A stretch of DNA of 64,000 bases, taken from a virus. Below, in pieces: positions 10,216-17,548 of this stretch. Position numbers and translations under genes: made by a program. Numbering within the stretch: position 1 is the first letter of the stretch; each line of letters starts with the position of its first letter. Location: IMG/VR virus record IMGVR_UViG_3300042453_004886, positions 96,001 through 160,000 of that record. One strand, written 5' to 3'. A model generated the notes under the pieces. The model did no database searches. It was not told the origin of the DNA and worked only from the letters and a program-made list of their open reading frames with translations.

Positions 10216-11649
10216 ATGGCAAGCTCAATTCGCGACGCGTTCCTCCCCCTCATTCCGGAGCTGAAGCTCCGGCAGGAGGCGCGGAGGGAAGCCCTCCGCG
10301 CGGACCGCCGGCAGGCCCGGGCAGAGGCCCGAGAGGCCGGCAAGGCCAAGGAGGCGCTCCGGGCGGCTAAGCGGTCCGAGCGCCGCGCCGCCCGCCAGGT
10401 GGCCGCCCATGAGCGCCGCGAGGCCCTCAAGGCGGCCTTTGCAAAGGCCGCCGAGGGCCGCCCCAAGTGGGTCCAGGTCGCCTCCCGGGTGCTACTCATT
10501 CACCCGGACGAGGTCGCTAGACGGCCTCGAAAGGCCGTCCTGGGAGCGCTTCCCACCTGGGCGCTCGTGGACCTGTACTGCCCAGACCCCTTCTGGGAAG
10601 GGGTTATCTGGGAAAACCTCTTCCACGAGGGGGAGGAGCTTATTTCCCGAGAGTTCCTGGAGAAGATCCTCCGGGGCACTTCTTGGAAAAAGCTCCAAGA
10701 GGCTTTTTCCAGATGGTGCCAGCTCGAAAACAGGCCCCCGGAGTGGGAGCCCTACGCGGCGTGGAAGTTCTTTATCTCCGGTGTTTACACGGGGGGCAAG
10801 AAGTTCTTCCCGCTAGCGGGAAGGGTCAGCCACATCCAGGGCATCCTGGAGCACGGCCCAGCGCCGGAAACCCTGTCGGAGGAGGACCTGGATGCCTACG
10901 TCCGGCATCCTGGGGAGTTCAGGCTGAGTGAGCTCCTGGAGAGCGCCGAGGATCGGAAGAACCTCGCGGTTCTCCAAGAGTACCTGGAGCGCCAGCGGGA
11001 GACGTATCTCCCGGAGGAGTTCCGGGAGATCACTGCCAATCAGATCCTCAGCAGGTGGAAGACGCACAAAGACGTGCGCTTCCGCCTGGAAGGGCAGGAG
11101 TGGAGCTCTCCCGACGGGAAGATGGCGGCCCGGTTCTTGCCCAGGACCGACATCAGGGGGCTGCTGGCCGGTGACATCACCGACTGCTGCCAGCACCCTA
11201 TCGGGGCAGGGTCCGAGGCTGCCTGGGACGCGGTCAGGCAGCCCAGCACGGGCAACCTGGCCTTCTTCCGGAAGGGCCGGATTGTGGCATTTACCTGGGT
11301 GTGGGAAGCCCAGGACGGGAGCATGGTGCTTGACTCGATCGAGTACCTGAGCTCCCGCTACATGCCAGAGGTGGCTCAGGCACTTGCTGCTTTTGCAAAG
11401 CAGCTGAGGTGTGAAGGAGTCTCCACCTTTTGGGTTGGGGGCTACTCTGAAGCAGAGCTGGCCTCCCAAGTCCGGGTCCTGGCGGGATTGCTAGGCAGTC
11501 CTCGGTGGGTAAAGGCTTCCCAAGAGGGGGCCTCCCTGAATGGGGAAACTCTCCAGGGCCCCAACCTGGTCCCTTCCGGGGAATTGCCAAAGCCCGTCTT
11601 TTGGATGGGCTACTCGGACCTGCACTACAACATAGTCAGGTTCGATTGA
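10216..11649 (+). CDS. PcfJ-like domain protein (GNAT-like fold)
   Basis: C-terminal GDITDCCQHPIG...AFTWVW...MVLDSIE pattern resembles phage PcfJ-like proteins. The N-terminus is an Ala/Arg/Glu coiled region. Start chosen at the ATG after the AAGGAG SD (ORF track start 10198). Confidence 0.5.
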   Translation: MASSIRDAFLPLIPELKLRQEARREALRADRRQARAEAREAGKAKEALRAAKRSERRAARQVAAHERREALKAAFAKAAEGRPKWVQVASRVLLIHPDEVARRPRKAVLGALPTWALVDLYCPDPFWEGVIWENLFHEGEELISREFLEKILRGTSWKKLQEAFSRWCQLENRPPEWEPYAAWKFFISGVYTGGKKFFPLAGRVSHIQGILEHGPAPETLSEEDLDAYVRHPGEFRLSELLESAEDRKNLAVLQEYLERQRETYLPEEFREITANQILSRWKTHKDVRFRLEGQEWSSPDGKMAARFLPRTDIRGLLAGDITDCCQHPIGAGSEAAWDAVRQPSTGNLAFFRKGRIVAFTWVWEAQDGSMVLDSIEYLSSRYMPEVAQALAAFAKQLRCEGVSTFWVGGYSEAELASQVRVLAGLLGSPRWVKASQEGASLNGETLQGPNLVPSGELPKPVFWMGYSDLHYNIVRFD

Positions 11650-11692
11650 TGGGCTGGAGTTTGGTAGTACCTCCATCAATAAAAACTACCAC

Positions 11693-11758
11693 CTTTTTTA
11701 GAGGGGCACACAGCTTAGGCTGTGTTGCCCCTCTTTAAAAAGAGGAACTGGTGCGTAC
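11693..11758 (+). promoter_or_regulatory. Hairpin-repeat element copy 4
   Basis: AGAGGGGCACACAGC-TTAG-GCTGTGTTGCCCCTCT + TTAAAAAGAGGAACTGGTGCGTAC. Confidence 0.7.
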
Positions 11759-11801
11759 TGGACGTATTGGTTTACCCCTTAGCTCTTGAAAGGAGCTAAA
11801 G

Positions 11802-12227
11802 GTGATCACCGTTTGCAACAAGGAAAACTACCTTATTATTGAGGACGAGGTGCTCGACCTCGTCCGAGGCCAGTACCCCGCAGGAGGGCTGGCCCAAGTC
11901 GTCGGTGCGGAGAGCTCGCACCGGGTCGTCACTCTCCGGGACTGCGGAGACCTAGTGGGCATTTGCCTGCTTGACGTCGAGGAGGCCACGGTCGACGACC
12001 TCGTCGTCAAACCCAGGTACAGAAAGTACCTGGGCGAGATGCTCGCCTCGGTCCGAGAGATCGCCGGAGAAGGGGCTTGGACGGCGTACTGCCGGGCTAA
12101 GACGTCTGCTGTCACCGTTCGGGCTATGGCCCGCAGGGGGCAGCTGAGGCTTCTCCATCTCGGAGAGCCGGAGTACGACGACTACTTTGCCGAAGAGATG
12201 GTGGAGGTAGAGTTTCAGCTACTCTAG
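11802..12227 (+). CDS. GNAT-fold acetyltransferase-like protein
   Basis: LVGICLLDVEEATVDDLVVKPRYRKY resembles GNAT motif A; AAGGAG SD, GTG start. Confidence 0.45.
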   Translation: MITVCNKENYLIIEDEVLDLVRGQYPAGGLAQVVGAESSHRVVTLRDCGDLVGICLLDVEEATVDDLVVKPRYRKYLGEMLASVREIAGEGAWTAYCRAKTSAVTVRAMARRGQLRLLHLGEPEYDDYFAEEMVEVEFQLL

Positions 12228-12254
12228 CCTCCTTCCTGAGTGACTTCCTGAAAC

Positions 12255-12320
12255 CTTTTTTAGAGGGGCACACGGCTTAGGCTGTGTTGCCCCTCTTTAA
12301 AAAGAGGGAATGGTGCGTGC
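12255..12320 (+). promoter_or_regulatory. Hairpin-repeat element copy 5
   Basis: Hairpin as in copy 4 + TTAAAAAGAGGGAATGGTGCGTGC. Confidence 0.7.
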
Positions 12321-12364
12321 ATTGGGCAGCACTTAACCCCCTTTCATGTTCAGGAAGGATCCAC

Positions 12365-12550
12365 ATGAACATGAATGCCACCCGGAGCGATGTGTTCCGG
12401 GCTGTCGTGCAGGAGAACAAAATCCTGCGCGAGCGTCTTGAGGAATGTCAGAGGTTGATCAATCTCTTTTCGGACCTCGAGACGCGCCTTGCTGAAGAAA
12501 GGGCAAGGCAAATTGAGTTTGAACGGGAGCTCTTCTGGAGCTGCCGTTAA
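12365..12550 (+). CDS. Small coiled-coil hypothetical protein
   Basis: GGAAGG SD before ATG 12365, in frame with ORF 12284-12550. Confidence 0.6.
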   Translation: MNMNATRSDVFRAVVQENKILRERLEECQRLINLFSDLETRLAEERARQIEFERELFWSCR

Positions 12551-12557
12551 AACTCAC

Positions 12558-12612
12558 CTTTTTGAGAGGGGGCAGGGATGCCCCCTCTTTAAAAAGAGGG
12601 ACCGGTGCGTAC
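12558..12612 (+). promoter_or_regulatory. Hairpin-repeat element copy 6
   Basis: GAGGGGGCA-GGGA-TGCCCCCTC + TTTAAAAAGAGGGACCGGTGCGTAC. Confidence 0.7.
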
Positions 12613-12672
12613 TGGATGCATTGGTTTACCCCTTTGTTACGCGGCCATCTCTAAAAGAAAGGAGGTGATTAC

Positions 12673-12801
12673 ATGATGGAGTCGGATTTCCTCCGGGCCG
12701 AAGCGGCCCTCGAGGAGGCGATCCTCCGGGCTGAAGAAGCTGCCGAAACGGCGGCAGCCCGGGAGGAGTGGGCCGCTGCTTTCGCGGCGGTCTGGGGTTA
12801 G
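12673..12801 (+). CDS. 42-aa acidic helical peptide, copy 1 (not in ORF track)
   Basis: AAGGAGGTGA SD; MMESDFLRAEAALEEAILRAEEAAETAAAREEWAAAFAAVWG; paralog at 17191. Confidence 0.75.
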   Translation: MMESDFLRAEAALEEAILRAEEAAETAAAREEWAAAFAAVWG

Positions 12802-12819
12802 TTTTTTCGTTTCTTTTCC

Positions 12820-12851
12820 TACTCGGCGCTAGCGCCGCAATGCGATGAGTA
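12820..12851 (+). repeat. Branched hairpin element copy B
   Basis: TACTCGGCGCTAGCGCCGCAATGCGATGAGTA. Confidence 0.8.
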
Positions 12852-12855
12852 GGCT

Positions 12856-12916
12856 CTTTTTGAGAGGGTAGTAGCTTTAGCTGCTGCCCTCTTTAAAAAG
12901 AGGGACCGGTGCGTAC
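12856..12916 (+). promoter_or_regulatory. Hairpin-repeat element copy 7
   Basis: Same type as copy 3 + GAGGGACCGGTGCGTAC. Confidence 0.7.
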
Positions 12917-13011
12917 TAGCACTAAAGGTTTCCTCCCAGAAACAAAGGAAGATGAGCTCACTCGGTGAGATCTTCCTTGCTGTCAGAGACAGCAATGTTG
13001 CGTACATAAAA

Positions 13012-13053
13012 GCGGGGTCTAACCCCTCTTTAAAAAGAGGAATTGGTGCGTAC
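13012..13053 (+). promoter_or_regulatory. Hairpin-repeat element copy 8 (short hairpin)
   Basis: GGGG-TCTAA-CCCCTCTTTAAAAAGAGGAATTGGTGCGTAC, directly upstream of RNAP-like gene 1. Confidence 0.65.
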
Positions 13054-13171
13054 ACGCATTAAATGTCTTCCTTTTTTCCCCGGATTTTTTATCGCGTAAT
13101 CCGGTGATCGCCATATACTTGGCGCCCTTTGCTCGGGGAGAGAGCGTTTTCAGCGCATGAGGAGGAAACCA

Positions 13172-16100
13172 ATGCGTATGAACAAATTGGTGAATCAAAA
13201 GCACCAAGCGCTGGCGAAGCTGGCGGTGGAGAGATTCAAGAAAGCACAGGAAGCTCCTGAGGAGAAACCTGAGCCGACTATGGATCTCATCGCTCGGGCG
13301 AACGAGAAGGCTGTTGAATACAGCCGGCTTCGTAAGCTTGCCCTTGAAGTTCTCTCTCATGAGAGCTCTGAAGAGGGCTGTGTCGAATTCGGGATCAAAC
13401 CTGAAGACGACATGGGCGTAATTCGCCGCAAAGTGGTGAACCGTTTCAAAGCGGGTAACCACTCGGTGGTCCGGGGCGAGCTCAAGACGCTGTTCCCTCG
13501 TCACGAGGAGGACATCTACGAGCCCGCCGAGGTCACCAAGCAGGATGTTGCCGACATGGCACTCCTGTTCGGCGCGGAGTGGCCCACCGACGAAGCCTTC
13601 GGCTTGTTCGGTGTTACCTTTGACTGGGACAATGCCGGAAGGCTTGTTGTCAACGGTAAGAAGGCTCTGAGGAACGTCATCGCCGTTTTCGGTGGTGGTA
13701 TGCCTCACGAGCTCTTTCAATATCAGACTGCAGCTCTGGTATTGTTGGCCGCCCAAGGTGCTGCAGCCCAGGAGCGTGAGAGGTTTGCATCAAACGCAAG
13801 CCCTTACCAGGTCCAGAAAGCGCTGACGAAAGCCTTCCAGAAGGTGATCAACAGCGGGCCTGTGAACAAGGGTAGCGAACAACCGGCCTACGGGTTTGTT
13901 GATGCAACCTGTGCGCTCCGACTCAAGGAGATCGTTCGACCGATCGAAGTCCTGCTGGTAGAAGATAGCATCGTCTACCTGGAGCAGATTGATCCCATTC
14001 TTGGCAACAAGATGGTGAAAGAACTGCACCCGGACTACGGTGTGGATATCGAATCGGGTAACTACCGGCCTGCCGGTAAGATGCTCGACGAGAACCACAT
14101 CGCGGTAAGGTCGAGCGATGGGGCCAAAAGTGCCAAGCGCACCCGTATGGCCTCAGGTGAGCAACAGGAACCGGTGAATCCTGTGCTCTCTCGTGTTTCC
14201 TACAGAGGAACTCGAGCAACCGGCTCCCTGATCACCGCGTTCCTTGCGCCGTGTGCAGACCCGTTCTTGGCGGGTGGTCCTGGCGGTAGCCTTGATTTGT
14301 CGGGTGAAACCGGCGTCAAGACCAGCTACTGGGACGACGCGCTGCACAGCGGCACGAGCTTCGATATCCGTTCCGCCGAGGATAGAGAAGCCTTCCTGAA
14401 CACCCTCCCCAGCGATGGGGATGTTCTCGGCGAGACCCTTAGCGTGTTTGGCGCCCCACCTGTCAAGGTGCCTTCAGACGCTAGGGGCGTGGTCACTAAG
14501 GTGACCGCGGCCCCCGATGGAGCCTACCGCAATATGCGGTGGCAGGTGCATAGTCGTTTCAAGGAAACTTCTGTGTTCACCAAGCTCCGCGGATCAATCA
14601 AGACGATGGTCTCTGCAGGCCTAGTTGCGAAGATCCGACTCGGGGAAGGGTCCATCACCCACTTCGACATCCGCAATAGCGGACTTGCCCTGTCGGGGTG
14701 GGAAGGAGAGGATTTGTTCCTCTCAGGAGACGCATTCAAGGGAACCGGGAAAGGCAACAGCCAATTCCGGGTGGAAGTCGCCGTTGAAACGATATGGCAT
14801 TTCCTTCCTTTGGAAGCGGACAGTCTCCTATCCTCTCTGCTCCCGGAGGCGCTCTACAAGGGCGGAATCGTGGAGTATGACGAGGCGTTCGATCTCGACG
14901 GGGCTTACGAGCCTCTGATGAGGGAATTCGAGCGTCGTTTTGCCAAAGTCGCTGACCTTGGTAAGACAGTCGAACTGCCTGAAGTCTGGGACAAGTGGTT
15001 GCTTGAGCATGCCACGAAGGTCGGGCTGAAGGTGGAAGACCTCGTCTGGAGCCCCTTCCAAAAGGAGGGAGTCACTGGCAAGCAGGTGGCTTTCAACATT
15101 GGTAAGGGTATCACGGGGCTCCCAGAGTACCGCGTATTTGTACTTTACGACGATGGCTGCAAGGCTGTTGTGAGGACCACGACTGCGTTTAAAACCGCGA
15201 TGTTGGTCCGTGTAGAGTACGGAAGCGTCAGGAAGGCAGCCAGCAAGGCCCAACTTATGCTCGAAGTCGCTTACGGCGCTAAGGCAATGGGTCTTGACGA
15301 GCTCGCTGAGTTCCTCGAGTACGAGGGGCGTTCCAAAGCGCGTGCGGTGCTCAAGCTCATCCGTTCGGTTGGTCCCAAGGCAGCAATTGCTGAGGGAAGT
15401 CGAGTAATCGATGCCGCCGAAGCAACGGATGAGGACCTGCTTGAGATCGAAACCCTGCTCGAGAGTGATCTCGAAGCATGGCCGGAAGATCTTGTTATCG
15501 AATGCAAGTTCGAGGACAAGAACGGAAAGCTGTGGAGAGTTGTCTTGGCTCACCACTTGGTTTCGGTCATCTCAAAGGAGAACCCCCAGAGAAAGGCAAT
15601 CTCTGGCATTCTCGATGCGATCCTTAACAAAGATCGTACAAGGTTCGAGAATAACATCCGGGTCCTTGAAGGTGGGCTGTCTAACATGGTTTCTTTGGCC
15701 AATAAGAAACTGTGGAAGAAGGTTCACGCAGGTCCAAATGCTGCACACGGTAAGCGGGTCATCGTACTCGCCTCTCACGTGGGCTGCCATGAGGAACTGC
15801 TCGTCAATCCGTTCGGCAAAAATGCTAGACATCTAGCCAAGCAGAACGGTTGCGAGATCAAGGAACTGGATGGGCGGTGGGTAGTCGTCCAGCGAGCTCC
15901 ACAAAGCCTGCCGATTTTGCTGAGAATCGTGTTAACCACGGCTATCGGTAAGAACGTGTTCGGCATGACGGACCTTGCTGCCTCGATCGACAACGGCGAT
16001 CACGATGGAGACACTATCCTCGTGACGGTCATCCCTGACCAAATCGCCGAAGTGACCCTGCAGAAGTACAACGCTCGCAGAAAGTCGCTGTCGATTCACG

Positions 16101-16975
16101 AGGGTACGCACAAGGCGGATCCGTATCACTGGATCGAGCAAAACACGTTTGTGGATGGAAAACACAACGTCTGGGCTCGTCCTTCCGTGGTTACGGTTGA
16201 AAACTTGCGCAAGTACGACGAGGCGGGCATCCGGGCATATACACTTGAAATGCCTTCGGATGCCAACAGGGCACACCTCGCCCTTGCCATCGCTTCGATG
16301 CAGCTTCCCACAGGCTGGGGGGAGTTCAGCATCGAGGAGGCCAACGGCCTGATGTTCAGCGTCTACGAGCCGGAGCTTGGTGGTTTTAACCCCAAGTTCG
16401 CTGCTGCTCATGCCGCAATTGCCAATCTTGGCAATGAACGTCTCAAGGAGTTCCTCCAAGCTACGGATAAGCTCGACCTTCGGGAAGACTTCGCCAAGGC
16501 TTGGCTTCGGTCCGCAGATGCCAAAAGCTGGTGTCAGAAGACCGTGAGTTACGCAAAGTTTAACAGCAATGGAAAGCTTTCCGTATGGAACCTCACCCAG
16601 GCCACGGTCCCTCAGGAGCAGAGGCTCGCAGCCGTACCCAGGTTAGTTGCTTTTGCAATGAAACTCCTGTCAGTTGGGAACGTCAACAACCAGTTGATGC
16701 TCAATCTGGACAAGGTCGTTGTCGAGAGCATGGTCAAGGAGACCAAGGGCGAAAACCGGCGTTACTACCCGGTTCTAGTCAAGGGTAAGCCAGAAGTGGT
16801 CGAGCTGAAAAGCGTGATCAAGAAACTGGCAGCAAAGGGAGTCCCGGGCGCTCAGCGCTTGGAGATCTGGATGGACCACATCCTCCCTGAGTTCTCCAAG
16901 TACCACCCCAAGGAGTACCATGCCGCAATGGCCTTCAACGGGGACTACGATTGTTCCGATTCGGAGGAAGAATAG
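13172..16975 (+). CDS. Single-chain two-barrel RNA-polymerase-like protein, paralog 1
   Basis: VVVQRAP...[14 protein letters not shown] (nt 15998-16012) matches beta-prime NRAP...[29 protein letters not shown] resembles [28 protein letters not shown] supplies a DPBB-B-type lysine pair. GAGGAGG SD before ATG 13172. Confidence 0.72.
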   Translation: [1267 protein letters not shown]

Positions 16976-17070
16976 CAAACTGATCGGGAACTTGGCGGCT
17001 TTGTCTTAAGAACGCACAGAAAGTGCAAAAGCAAAGCTGCTAAGTTACCTGATCAAGACAACTAAATAAC

Positions 17071-17132
17071 CTTTTTAACAGAGGGGGCTGGTTCATTCCA
17101 GTACCCCTCTTTAAAAAGAGGGACCGGTGCGT
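17071..17132 (+). promoter_or_regulatory. Hairpin-repeat element copy 9
   Basis: GAGGGG(G)CTGG-TTCATT-CCAG(TA)CCCCTC + TTTAAAAAGAGGGACCGGTGCGT. Confidence 0.7.
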
Positions 17133-17190
17133 CGGTGCGTCCAAGGTGCAACCCTTTTGCGGCCACTTAATCACGAAAGGAGGTGATTAC

Positions 17191-17310
17191 ATGATGGAAG
17201 ACTTCCTCGCGGAGGCCATCCTCCGGGCTGAAGAAGCTGCCGAAACGGCAGCAGCCCGGGAGGAGTGGGCAGCTGCTTTTGAAGCCCTGGACCAGTGGGT
17301 CTGGGGCTAG
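17191..17310 (+). CDS. 39-aa acidic helical peptide, copy 2 (not in ORF track)
   Basis: AAGGAGGTGA SD; MMEDFLAEAILRAEEAAETAAAREEWAAAFEALDQWVWG. Confidence 0.75.
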   Translation: MMEDFLAEAILRAEEAAETAAAREEWAAAFEALDQWVWG

Positions 17311-17332
17311 TTTCTTGTTTGTTTTCCTTTCC

Positions 17333-17364
17333 TGCTCGGCGCTAGCGCCGCAATGCGTTGAGTA
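17333..17364 (+). repeat. Branched hairpin element copy C
   Basis: TGCTCGGCGCTAGCGCCGCAATGCGTTGAGTA. Confidence 0.8.
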
Positions 17365-17368
17365 GGCT

Positions 17369-17427
17369 CTTTTTGAGAGGGTAGTAGCTTCGGCTGCTGC
17401 CCTCTTTAAAAAGAGGGACCGGTGCGT
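17369..17427 (+). promoter_or_regulatory. Hairpin-repeat element copy 10
   Basis: Same type as copies 3 and 7, directly upstream of RNAP-like gene 2. Confidence 0.7.
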
Positions 17428-17548
17428 CGGTGCGTCCAAGGTGCAACCCTTTTTGCAGGTTTTTCTCGTGGAACCTGATGATCGCCATACAGCTGGCGCC
17501 TTTTGGTCGGGGAGTGACCGCATGCTAGTCGAAAGAAAAGGTAGGACT

